From Geosiphon pyriformis uo1 (Eukaryota > Fungi > Glomeromycota): a DNA stretch of 64,000 nucleotides. Below the pieces are notes generated by a model. The model did not search any database. It saw only the letters and a program-made list of their open reading frames with translations, and had not been told where the DNA came from. Positions 14,834 to 28,044 of the stretch are shown here, piece by piece (position 1 is the first letter of the stretch; each line of letters begins with the position of its first letter). The stretch is taken from the NCBI GenBank assembly GCA_016748015.1, contig JAAOMT010000436.1, forward strand, positions 1,634,828-1,698,827. Direction: 5' to 3'. A program made the position numbers and the translations under genes.

Positions 14834-15172
14834 ATGGACTTTAAACTTTCACTCTCTATTCTGGTCCTTCTTTAATTCGTTTTCTCATTTCTATTAAGCC
14901 CCTCAAAAGGTTCTCCAATTGGAAATGTTTCAAATATTTCAAATATTACAAACCCTATTGTCATTTCAAATGAGAACCGGGGAAACGCGAGCGGTATTGG
15001 CCACGGGAACGTTAGAAACAACGTTGGAAACAATAATGAAAATAGGGTTGGTAATAACAATGGCGATACGGTTGCAAGTAACAATGGCGATACATTTGGA
15101 AACTGCAATCGCAATAAGATTAATCAAATTTATGAAAAAAAGCCTGAAAAACCTATTGTTCACACCAAGTAA
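14834..15172 (+). pseudogene. Small secreted Asn/Gly-rich repeat protein with a nonsense codon in the signal peptide
   Basis: One frame reads MDFKLSLSILVLL*FVFSFLLSPSKGSPIGNVSN...VRNNVGNNNENRVGNNNGDTVASNNGDTFGNCNRN...VHTK*. TAA at 14873-14875; AAAATGG start context. Confidence 0.6.
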
Positions 15173-17000
15173 AAATTTGTTATCGACACAATAAAGGTAT
15201 AGAATCAGGCTTGTAAAAATTTTTAATTCCTTATATGACGAGATTCGCGCGCCAAATCACCTTTCTTTATCAGGTTCTTTACTTTTTGAGGAATAGAATT
15301 CTGGCTGAGCATGGAATTAGAAATTTTTTAAAATCAAAATGTTATTTCCTACAAATTAAACTTCTATAATAACTAATTATTAGATCATGTTATTCAATAG
15401 ATTAGATTTTTATAGAAATAAAAGGCTAATTTTATTTCATAAATAGAAGTAATTCTTGTTATTGATTTGAAAAAATGTTACAATAAAAAATTTACGGGCA
15501 TCTATATTTTTTATTCACTTACCCCTGAAAGAAATTTGAGAATTTTTTCTAATTATTTTGCTAAAACCTCAGTTTTTGTCAATATATAACATTGTATAAT
15601 CTATCTATTTTACTATTTAAAATACGAATAAATTTGGGGAAATTTTTATTAATTTTTTTCTTTTTTAATTACCCTCTTGAATAAACTTAAGTTTTAAAAA
15701 AAAAACTACAAATTATTGTCATTCAAGTGCCGGCTTGAAAAATGTTAATGATATTCAAAAAAAAAATTTAAATCTGAATTTTTTCTAACTAATTATCAAG
15801 TTGACAAGGGAAGATCAGAATCACATAGCTTGAAAACTATTGTATTAATGGCCTGATAGTTTATTCAATTTCATTTCCGTGCACAAGTAATTGATTTACT
15901 CTTTCAAATTGAACAGCATCTTCATAGTTTTTGCTCGGTCTTGTTTAATCATTTCTTCAAATTATTGGTATATTTTCAAACACTTGATAAAGAAAAGGAA
16001 GCTTTTTGATGTCCTTATTTTTGTCAAACTTTTAAATGATATCTTATTTGAAAAATAAATGAAGACCTTCAAAAGATAATATGATTTAAAAAAGAAAATA
16101 AATATTTAAACTCTAAAATTCTTAATTTTTGAATCTTGAGATTCGATATGAAAAGATCAAAATTCAAGTGAAAGTAGATGAGACTGAAGATTTTAAATAA
16201 TTTTAAAGCCATATTAAAATTTAAAGATTGCTTAAAAAAATTATAAGTTAGGAAATAAATAAAACTGAAATTTTGAAACTAGTTTCTATATTGATTTTAG
16301 GTAAATAAAGGATATTTTATTTCTAGGAATTTGGGTTCAATCTTAAATTTTCCAGAATAATAAGTTTTTGATTACATGATTGTCAGAGAATTTCATGTTG
16401 CGAATCATGGGATTTTTGAGTTAAAATCTAAACTATTCCAAATAAAGTAAAGAAACGAGTCTTCAACTGAAATATCATTTAAAATTGTTACAAAAAATAA
16501 AAATAATTTGTATTTCTGAAATTTAACACAATAATTTTAGTATAGAAAAGGAAAATTTTTTATAAAAAATTTTAAATTACATTTAAACACTTTAATCTAT
16601 TAACTTATAGGTTTTGTGGTCACATATCAAACCTTAGAAATACGAAGATTGCACCTGTCAATTTTAATCTAGTAAATGTTTTAACTCAATACTTTGAAAA
16701 AAATTATATTTGGGATCTTTTATTGTAAAGTATTGATTAAATACAAATAAAATGTTTGAAAAATTTATATCTACTTGTCAAAATTTAGTAACCAAGTTAA
16801 TAATAAAAGTAATAATAAAATAAAACAAATTGATTTAATATTTTATTAATTTATGTAAAAGCACATATCAAAAAATTTTTATAAGGCTGATCAAAAGAAT
16901 AAAGAACAAATATTTTGAAGAAGATTATTTTTTTAATATTAACAACATGTCTACTCATGTTTAAGCTTATATAGATGCAAAAAAAAAGATTATAAATATA

Positions 17001-18355
17001 CAGGGGGGTATAAAAAGTATTGGACACTTAATATAATATATAAAAAAGGCTATATATAGTAATACCATTACCAATTTAAGTCATAATTTTTTTTATAATT
17101 ACTTATAGTTATAATCTACAAATCAACATAAATCGCGTCCTTGTAAAACACAACAGTGGATCATACGCGTATATATAAAATATCAAACATTCTTGTCATG
17201 AAAAAATTTACCACATCAAATATGTCTTGGAAAAGAACTTTCTGAATACCAAAAAAGAGGAATTATTTCAGCAATAAAGTTAGGACATACAAACAGTAAG
17301 ATTTCCACGACTATTGGATGTTCACGTTCTTCTGTAATATGTGTATGGAAGTCATACGAGCTAAAAAAACTTCCTAAAAAACGAACGGGCCGACCACAAA
17401 TTCTTGACAAACGCGCACGTGAACAACTCAAATATTCAATAATGGAGAATAAAAAAACCTGCCGCCAAACTCTTTCTCAAATACGATTGAATTTTATTAA
17501 AGATACCAACAAATCTATTTCTATACAAACTATTTAAAATGGATTAGCTCAAGAAGGACTTCGCTCGTGCATTCCTTGTCTCAAGCCATTAATTTCCAAA
17601 TCAAATAAAGAAAAACATTTACAATGGGCTCGTACTTATGAAAATTGGACAGTAGAAGATTTTAAACGAATTGTTTGGTCAGATGAATCTACATATACAC
17701 AATTTAGAACTACAGGATTTGGATGTGTATGACGTAAACCTTCCAAAGAGTTTCATAAGGATTGTATTGCAGCCACAGTTAGAAAAAGCTTTGGTCGCAT
17801 GTTTTGGGGATGTTTTTCATGGGTTGGTTTGGGTCCTTTAGTTCCTTTGGTTGGTCATATTACTGGAGTTATACACCGCGAAACCTTGGCTAATTATACA
17901 ATTCCTATGGTAAAACTTCATGCAAATAAAACTAAAAAAAAGTTTTTTTTTCAGGAAGACAATGCACCAATTTACACATCAAAAGTTGTGCGTTCTTTTC
18001 TTACCTCTTCAAATGTTGAATTACTTCCTTGGCCAGCACAAAGTTCTGATATTACTCCAATAGAAAATCTTTGATCATATATTGAAGTTAAAATTCGTCA
18101 ACGTAATTCACAACCCTCAAATATTGTACAATTGGAACGGTGGGTTAAGGAAGAATGGGATGCGATACCTGTAAATTACTATCATAATTTGATCAAGTCT
18201 ATGCCACATTGAGTTCAAGTTATTCTTGAAGCAAATGGGGGTCAAACAAAATACTAACATGTATTTTAATATAATAATAAAAAATTAATGAATTATAAGT
18301 TAGTTCTTTTATATAACATATTATAAAAGTGTCCAATACTTTTTATACCCCCCTG
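17001..18355 (+). mobile_element. Tc1/mariner (DD34E) DNA transposon, full length, non-autonomous
   Basis: Perfect 29-bp TIRs CAGGGGGGTATAAAAAGTATTGGACACTT (17001-17029 and 18327-18355), flanked by TA on both sides, enclosing a transposase relic. Confidence 0.95.
17198..18257 (+). pseudogene. Tc1-family transposase pseudogene
   Basis: GKELSEYQK...RTGRPQIL, IVWSDES, MFWGCFS, FQEDNAP-(34 aa)-PIENL, ANGGQTKY*. In-frame stops at 17535, 17730, 18072 and 18210, plus a +1 frameshift just after the ATG. Confidence 0.92.
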
Positions 18356-21300
18356 TATATATATAATAGTGTTGGTATTAAGATATATTGAATGAAAAAT
18401 CTTTCAGGATTTGTTTTTAAAAACAATTTTGCAATTACTTTTCACCAAGGAGTTTTAATGCATAATTAAGAAAAATATAAAATATAAAAAAATTAATTAA
18501 TTTATTATGACTTCTAATGTAAATTTATTTAAGTTGTTAAAAAATTTTAACTTTTTCAGTTGATATAAATATAAATAAATTTGAATAATTTAAAAATTTT
18601 GATTCACACATGAAATAATAATATTTTTCATGAATTTTCTGAAAAATCTAGTTAAAAAACTTAAATAAAACTTCTTATAAATACACTACTTTTTATTTGT
18701 TTTTGATTCTAATTAACTTTTCAATGGTTTTATAAATTTTCAAATGTTATCAAGTATTCTATAGCATTTTTAGGCCTTTTAACAAGGCCAAAATATGTTA
18801 AAATTTGTAAATCGAGTTTAAAAGTTTGAGTTTATAAAAGAAATTATCAAATAAAAAATGTTCATTTCACAACTAAATTGATCTAAAAAATATATATATA
18901 AATAAAAATATATTGCATTTTAAAAAAAATTAAACAATAAATTAAATATAATCTGAAAAATAATTTCTTTTTATTTCTGTTTCTTTTTTTTTCAGAAATA
19001 ATGAAAATTTTCAAGTTGTTCTTGCTTCAAATAATATCATTGAATATTGAAAATTAAAAATCGAAAATTCAAATAATATTAAAATCAAACTGCTTTTGTA
19101 TTAAAATATTTTTCAATAGATTACTTAGCATGCAATGAAATAAAATAAAAAGTTTTTACTATACATATATTGCTTTTTTTGAATCAATAATTTTTGAAAA
19201 GGTTTGCTCTTCATAAATTATCAGACGCCTAAAAATCAAAAAATAATAAATTCAATAAATTAAGAAAATTAAAATTGTTTGTTGGAATCTTGAATTAATT
19301 GTTGAAATATAATAATTATGGCAATTTCTTAAGCAATAGTAATTATAAAATAATTTAACCAAACAAAAATATTTGTATTCGTTTTAAACTTTTTGCTTTG
19401 GTTTGATCATAAAAGATGAAATTGTTTTTAATTCTTGGTGTCAATATCTAATTTAAAATACTTAAAAAAATTATTATTGCTTAAATACAGGATTTTATTT
19501 TAAGCACTAATTTTAAAATTATTTAGGGTTAGATTCTAAATATATTACACAAAATTTAAAATCAGACAAATAAAAAATGCATATAAACAAAGTTGCCATA
19601 TTAATTTTTTAAGATTCGTATTTCTTGAGTAACTTTTTATACAAATTTTTATTTTAAAATACTCATTATCTAAAAAAATATTTTGTTAATATTAATAAAA
19701 TACTATTTCTTAAAATTACAATAATTATTATTATAACAAATATTTTTTATTTTCAAATTCATTAATAAAGCTAAATAATATGTTATATAATTGAATCTTG
19801 CTTATTTTTACAATTATTTTTGACACAATTGCATAATTATCACATTATTAGATATATTATATAAAATTTTAAACTTAACATATATTAAAATTTTATCAAT
19901 ATTATCTGTATAATCACATTACAGTATGTATAACATTTATTATAGTATAAATCTAATTTGGAGATATATTAAAGCGGAATAATTGTATATTATATTTGCA
20001 GATTATAAAAACTAATTGTATGAATAAAGATTAAATGTTGTGCTTTAAATAAATTTTCAATTGCATTTATTGAATTTGCCATTAACATTAAAAATATAAC
20101 AATATTAGAAAGAATTAATTATCAATTTTATTTTTTAAAATTCAGATAATAAGTAACACTTTCAAATTAGTTTTATAATATTATTTCATTTCTTTCTTTC
20201 TTCATTTTATATCACTAGTAAATTTAATGTTTCCTTTAAATTTTTTATTTTTATCTATTTAAAAACTAATACTCAATTAATATATATTATATTCAGAAAA
20301 AATAAAAATTTGTTAACGTTTAAGCTATACAAAAAAAAGTTTTAAGATTAATCAAAATACGATATTCAGAATTTCTAAGCAAAAAATAATAATTATGTAG
20401 AAAAACCTTTTAACCAAGCAAAAGCAATTAGATTAAACAGGTATCACAAAAAATAATGTTAAATATATTTATATGCACCTTTTACTTTTTTTCCATGACA
20501 GTTTTTTTATTGTGTGTTTCTTCAATTTGATTATAACTTTATACAATAAATATTATTGCAAATGTAATATACACTCATACTTAATTGACTAACATTAATA
20601 AAAAAAATTAAATTACATGAAAACTATAAACACTGTATAAATAAGAAAAAATAAAATATGATTTTATAATAATATAATGATTATTTTTAAATATAAAAAA
20701 ACTACAATAATTAAAATTTAACACAAGTGTTTAATAAATAACAAAAAAAGACTTAACAAAATTACTAAAATATAATAAAATCTTTACATATAATGAAATA
20801 TAACCTAAAAATATTTTTTTCTGTATTAGAAAATAATACAATTGCACAAATGTATTTACAATCGATAACAAGTAATTCTTTTGATAAAACAAATCAAAAA
20901 TTTAATGTTGAGTGTTTATCACTCACTTTTAAAATAATTTTTTTAAAGTATTTGTAAAAAAAGTCAGAAAAAAATTTAAAAAAAATGATATGCTAAATTA
21001 GTCAACAAATAATTCTAAAATAAATTTTATAAATAATATTTGGAGGTGAAAAACATTAAATATTTCAAATGAATTTAAATAGCTTTAAAAATTTAGCAAA
21101 TTCAATAACATAAGAAATCAATACAATATTAAAATTTAATAAAGTATTAGTAAAATAAAAAAATAACTTATTTTATCAAATTATTTGAAAAAAGATTTTG
21201 TAATTCAAAATTACAACAGATTTTTGCAAATCTCAAATTCATGTAAAATTTTATTGAGTTTTTTACATTTTTAAAAAAAGTTAAAAAACAATGCAATAAT

Positions 21301-21841
21301 TTATCAATTACAAAATATTTTGAATGTTAATAAAAATAGTTTTTATTATATAAAATTTCAACTTTGTACAAATAATATTAAGAATATTTAAAAATTATGC
21401 TTTCATTTATTAAAAATTTTTATAGTTTATATGTATTTTATGATCTAAATATTATTTTTTATATTTAACTTTTTATTATAATTTTAATAAAAAACATAAT
21501 TAATAAAAACTGCAAAAATTTTCTAATATCATATTTAACAATTTTTACATAAAATTTTTGTGATCAAATTCAGGATATTTTATTATTAATAATTTTACAA
21601 AAAAAACGATAGATTTTCAAATTATTTGACTTTAATATAAAATTAAGAAAAAAGCAAATATATTAAACATTTTTGTTAAATCTTATTTATTTGTGCTATT
21701 TATTTAATTTTAATTCCAAATTTATGTAAAGTATAAGCAATAATTTTTAATATAATAAAATATTTTTTATTTTTTTTATTTTATAATAGCAATATTTCTA
21801 ATTAAGTTAATTTTTTGTTTAGCTTAAAAATACATATAATA

Positions 21842-21880
<39 letters not shown>

Positions 21881-22739
21881 GAATATTAAAAATAATAATA
21901 TTAATAAAAATAAATTACAACGATTAAATATTAATATTAAATTTATACATTTATTACAACTAAAAATGTTTTGAAATAGTTAAAATATGGCTATTTAATT
22001 TTAACACAATTATTTTAGTCCTTTGCTAATAAAAGAATAATTAAATATTTTATCACAAAAGTTTACTCAATTAATTAATAAAAATACAACTTCATATTTT
22101 TATGGTTTTTTTAACGCTAAATTTTAATTTTTATATTTATGTCAACACTTAAAAAAATTTGTTAATTTCAAAGTTGAATAATTAATAATAAAATTTTGAT
22201 AACTGTTTTTAATGATCAGGTCAGTCAATAACCAAGTCAATGACTAAGGTGGCTGACTAATGACATCAGTGGCTAATACATGTGACTAACTATGGCTAAG
22301 TAAATAAGGAGTAAAAGTTTCAACCGTAACAATATCTTAATAATTCCAATGAAATATTAGTATTGAAACAATTATTTTTCCCTTCTGATTAAAAATTATT
22401 ATTGAATTCCAAAAATTGATAAGCCCAAAACCCAAAACTCAAAATTAATAGAAAATTAAAATTAATCTCTGGTAGATTAATATTCAGGGAATTTAGAATT
22501 TTAAATATTAGAGCCCAGTTTCAAACTCCCATTTAGACTGAAATTTAATTATTCAAAAATGACAACTTGCAAAACTAATAGAAAATTAAGGAAATTAAAA
22601 GCAAATTTCATACTTTGATAATTCAAAATTATAATTATTAGCAAAATTTTCTTTTTGTTTTTAATGTAAGGTGTTTAATAAGAATTGCTTTATTGTTAAC
22701 CCTCTATATTCATTTTATTGAATAATTGATGTCAACTGC

Positions 22740-24070
22740 TTTCAACAGTTTTATCGTTTCGATCTTTCTTGCAACTACCCATCTTTATTCCAAATAAGGG
22801 CCGTGATTGAAGAAAATTTTTGGTCTATTTGTCAATGGTTGCCCTGCATTGCATTCCTAAAAGATATTTTCAATTAAAGGTTATATAAAATCTTACTAAC
22901 GAGATAAAAAATTAAAACTAACCAAATTTTCTTCATTAATTGCTCCTTCAATCCATCTTTGTTGTTGATCCTCCGGGATAGAAGAACTATTACAATTCCA
23001 ATATAAATCTTCATAATTGGAAGAATCACAATTACTAGATAACCCAATCCAAGTTTCAATACCAAAATGCTTCCATCCCATTGAAGCCGGAGGAAAGTGT
23101 GGGACATGATCATTTCCGTGGGTGATACGGTGATGGTTAACCAATGAGTTTATCAAATCACTGAATTGGCTGGTTCCAACTCTAGAAGCTCCAAAGTAAT
23201 AGTGGTATGTCCCATTTAATGAAGATTAATCTCTGGCCAAAGATTATGATGTATAATTCTACTTTTTTCGAACCCCCACAGAATGCTAATAATTAATGCA
23301 CATGCTAATATTTTCAAAAGCTAAAATTTGAGAATTATTTTTTTGAAAGGATAGGAGCAAAAAATGACATTGATCCAACCTTCACCAACAACATGCCCAA
23401 CGAAAAAAATGTCTTTGATATTGGGGTTGATACTCAAAACAGTGTGTATATCATGAGCAGATCTCTAAAAAATGTAACTGAAGCCTTCACTATCCTTTGT
23501 TAAAATCTATTTTTCTTAAAAATTGAAAACAATTACTTGCACTACAAAAGAAATAACCAAACCTTTATAACCAGAAGATGACTCAAGCCATGAAAATTGT
23601 GCTGAAAAAGCAAGATTCTCAAAAATGTATTTTTAGAAATAAATTCAAATATTTTAAAAGTTTTATCTTTAAAGCATTTACGTGGTTCAGGGCCAGGTGA
23701 AACAGTTTCATCGCGGCCCAAGCAATAACCAGTATTTACGAGAAATGCAAGCTTTTGATAAAGCAGTAAATATTCTATGCCAGGTTTTATTCGCCTTTTG
23801 GTATGCAATGGTGAACGCTTTGTAATTTGATTTTTTTGTAAAGGAACTTTAAATTGATTTCTCCAAATCGATAGGATAGGAAAAGTATGGTTTATATCCT
23901 TTTTTTGTAGAAACTAAGAACCTTTGAATATCTTGAAAGCATATGCTACTTTTCAAATTTTTGTGTGCTAAAAAGTAAAATCCTAATGAGATAAATATTG
24001 AGATAACTGTTGCTTATTTTTTCGAAATATAAAATTTTTTTGTAAGTAGATTTGTAAAAAAACCCATAAT
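22740..24070 (-). pseudogene. Lipase class 3-like pseudogene (copy 5)
   Basis: GYC, FVGHVVGE, THGNDHVPHFP, HFGIETWI and ECNAGQP are recognisable. Frameshifts near TFGA (~23195) and GPYF (~22793), and exon 3 is partly deleted. Ends approximate. Confidence 0.8.
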
Positions 24071-25149
24071 ATTATATTTTTTTCAATACAAATCTCTAAC
24101 AAATAAATAGATATAGGTCTTGACTGATTTTGTAAAAAACAATTTTCAAAATTGACAGGACAAGAAAAATTACAATTCATTCTACTGATATGGATCATCT
24201 CAGGCCATATCTTACAATATTGAGACCTTGGAGATAAGTCAATTTACAAACAATGAAGTAACAATGGCAGCGAAGAAAAAGATTTGGAGTAATTCTATAG
24301 ATTTCACCAGGTGTTTTAAGAAGAAAAAGGTTACTATGGCTGGTAATATTCATGTAATGAATATTCTAAATGTTAAATGGATTCCTTCTTGCTCCTATGG
24401 TTGCAAATATATTTTAAATTTATAAGTCGTCAATCTTTCAAAAACATTCTAGAAAATATTGTTCCTTTTTTATTAGTTTTAAATTTTGATCTTTGCATTA
24501 AAATATTTCTTTAGTATCTTGGATTATTTTGGATAAAAAATTATTGTCCCATTTCGCCATATATTAAAATATTTGAATAGTTTAAACGGTTGTTTTAATT
24601 GAAAAAGTCTTTTTTTCAATTCCTAGGTGAATCGAAATTTCTCATTTTTGAAAAGGAACTTGACATTTTATATGCAAAGTTTTAATGTTTCTCTTCACAA
24701 TAGATATATTTTTTCTATAATAAAAGAAACATCAAATAAATATTCTTGGTTTTTATTAATTGCAAGCAAAAAATTGTAATTGATAAAAATTTTAACAAAT
24801 ATTGGATATCCAATTTGAAATATTGAGATACTAAAAGTTTGATGAATTCAAAGGTTAATTCATAGTGCTCGTGGAGATTTCTTGGCAAATTTTTCATTTT
24901 AATAATACATAAAACAACCTATTATATGTTATGTTTAAAAAAGCTTCATTGAATGCTAGCATAAAGTATTTATATAATAGTTTAAGAAAAATAATTAGAT
25001 TCAGTTATTTTTTCTATTTTTCCAAAACTTGAATGTTTAAATTTTATGAAAAATTTATAAAGAATCCCTTGAAAATGATAATTTTTATTTCTTAAAGGAT
25101 ATTATGAATACTTTTTTTAAAAACTTTTTTTATTTTCAATTTTACAAAA

Positions 25150-26595
25150 TCAAAAATTCAAAAGATTTTTACTACTACAATCACCCATTTTAACATTGAA
25201 ATAAGGACCATCATGGAAGAAATTATTCGAAACATTGCCGATTGATTGTCCTGCATTGCACTCCTAAAGAGAAGTTTTTTTTTTAAAATCTATTCTGTTT
25301 GAAAGTCATTTCTTTTTTTTTAAAAAAAAAACTTACCATATTCTCACTGGCAAATCCCTTAAGCCATTTTGTTCTTTGTGTGGTTTCAAGCACCCAATTA
25401 TTACAATCCCATAATGAATATGTATCATCAGGACAATCGCAATTTTTCGATGGCTCAATCCAAATTTCAAAACCAAAATGTTTTCGTCCTTTTGAAGCCA
25501 GAGGAAAGTGTGGGACATAATCATTCCCATGGGTGATGCGATGATGTGTAATTAACCTGTTTGCCATTTCACTGAATTGGATATTTCCAATTCTCGGAGC
25601 TCCAAATGTGACAACTTGTTCTCCCATTTCGCTCAAATTTACATCAGGCCAAAGATTTAAAGTATTAATTTTATATTTTTCATAACACCATCTAATGCCA
25701 GCGATTGCAGCGTATGCTGGCATATTAGAGAAAGATAATAATAATTCAGATTTTTTTTTTATTAACTAAAAAACAAAATGATATTATTTTCCAAACCTCC
25801 ACCAAGAGCATGACCAACGAAAAAAATGTAAGTCATATCAGAATTATTTTTTAAATATGTTCGTATATTTTCTAATATTCTCGGAAGGGCAGATTCGATA
25901 GTTTTCGAGAATTGTTTAATAACACGAGCTTGACGGTAGTATACTGGAAAGCCTTCCACTCGAAATGTCACTTGTCTATCATTCAATTGCGGCCACCACA
26001 TTTTTGTTAATTTCTAAAAAGGAAATAAATATATTAATTTGATGGATTATTGAAATATATTTCAGGAAATTAGAAATAATTACTGGTCCTGCAAAGTACA
26101 CGATCAAAGCCTTCAAACCTTCTTCTGCTCTTCCGTTACTTATGAATTTGACTAAAGGAGAAAAAAATAATTTTACATCAAATTAATCTAAATCACTTAT
26201 TTTTATTTGAAAAATTATCAACCATTTATGGGTCCCTTAAATGAAGGACAATACGCATCACTTGCTAAAACTGCCAACTGTTCATAAAGCGGTAATAAAT
26301 TTGCGACTGGTTCCATTAATTTTTTAGCACGTGATTTAGCTCGTTTTGTGATTCGATTGAATTGTAAAGGAACTTTGATTTGATTTTTCCAATCAACTAC
26401 AACAATTGGGAAACTGTGATTTACATCCTGTTTGTGGAACTTTTGAAGTTTTTGAATTTTTTGAGAATTTTTCCAGCATTTAGAATTTTCATGCACCCAA
26501 AAGTGAAATGCGAAGGATATAAAAATTGAAAAAATAATTTTATTTCCCCATAAAAATTTGAATTTTCTTATACCAAGATCTATAAAAGAATTCAT
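25150..26595 (-). CDS. Lipase class 3-like protein, Ser->Ala (copy 6)
   Basis: Five exons (last 25263-25150). TM segment, ITKRA, AYC, FAGP, FVGHALGG|AY, TFGAPRIGN, NDYVP, CDC, FHDGPYF. Confidence 0.88.
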
Positions 26596-27947
26596 TATCT
26601 TCTTTTAATGATATAAAGTTTATTTGAGCTTGTTTATATAAATGTGTTTCATTATCGGAACTAAAGCTTATCAAAGTTTTATTATAAAACCTGTACATTG
26701 TTTACTTTAATGGGAAAAATACATTCAGCCTTTGTTATTTTATTATTCATCAAATGTCGATATAAAAATGGGAGAGTTTCATAACAAAATTTAAATTTTG
26801 TTATCAAATTTTAGTGGTCAGTAGGTTTTACCATGATCGATAAAAAAATGTTTATTAGACTGAAAAAAAAGGAAAATAACTTGCATCTAAAAACATTCTA
26901 AAATTTTCAGTTTTAATCTCAGTTTACCATTATGAAAATTTATTTTTTATGACTGTGTTTTCAAAAATTATAATAATGTAATAATTATTAGTTGTAATAT
27001 TGAAAAAAATATCCATCATATAGAAGCCAATTATATTTTATTGGTTTTAGCAATAATACACACAATTATTTAATGATTCAATACAAGTTTTAAAATTATC
27101 TGTGGAAATGTTATATCTTCATAAGTCATCAAATGAGATATATGCTGGTGTTTCTTCTGTTTTTGAAACCAAAAAAGCAAAATAATCATTCAAAAATTAT
27201 TTAGAAGAAATTTAGCGAAAAAAGAAATCTACTATAAATGGCATTATTTATTTTATTACAAATTCTAAAAAGTCTAGTTAAAACTTTTAAAATGAAATTT
27301 AATTTTTAGGAGCTTCGATATTCATAAACGAATTTTAAAATATCAAAAGGTTTTCCTCAATTTTATAATTAAGTTCTTGAAATATTTAATCTTTAGAGAA
27401 ATTTTAAAACTAGAATTATTATATTTATTTAAAAATTACAAAAAAAATTGATAAAATTTTTGATTTTTTTATGAATAAATAAACAAATAAGTAAAAGAAT
27501 TTAATTCTTTTAATAATAACATTTGGTTTCATTAAACAAATAAAACTATAAATTAAAAAATAAATGATTTTTCATACATTTTAACTTACAAAATTAGACT
27601 GATATTTTGATAAAGATTTTCTAAGTTGAAAAATTAAATGATATTTTGAGATCAAAAAACAATTTTTTAATATAATATTTAACCTGTTTATGGTTTACTT
27701 AATATAAGACTTTTTCATAATTTGTATATATAATGAAACAAAAATGTAATTTTATAATTGATAACATGTGTTTTCATTATATATATAATATATTTATATA
27801 ATTATTAACATATTTTTAAACACTTTATATTATTATTCAATACATGTCAAAAGCATTAATGCAAAAATATTTTTGCAATTTTATAAATTTACCATTTTAT
27901 TAAGTCAAACATTATATCTCATAAAATTTTTAGCATCTATTTTTTTG

Positions 27948-27952
<5 letters not shown>

Positions 27953-27981
<29 letters not shown>

Positions 27982-28044
27982 TGTATGTATGTATGTATGT
28001 ATGTATGTATGTATGTATGTTTGTTTGTTTGTTTGTTTGTTTGT
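27953..28044. repeat. Compound microsatellite (ATGT)17(TTGT)6
   Basis: Read directly. It generates the spurious MYVC ORFs. Confidence 0.92.

Noticed and set aside
14873-14875. Stop-codon reassignment or alternative genetic code
   Set aside because: TAA, TAG and TGA all terminate intact genes in the window, so internal stops are better explained by pseudogenisation.
18400-22200. Very AT-rich tract as possible centromere or decayed TE
   Set aside because: Similar composition occurs in most intergenic DNA here, and no recognisable motif supports a call.
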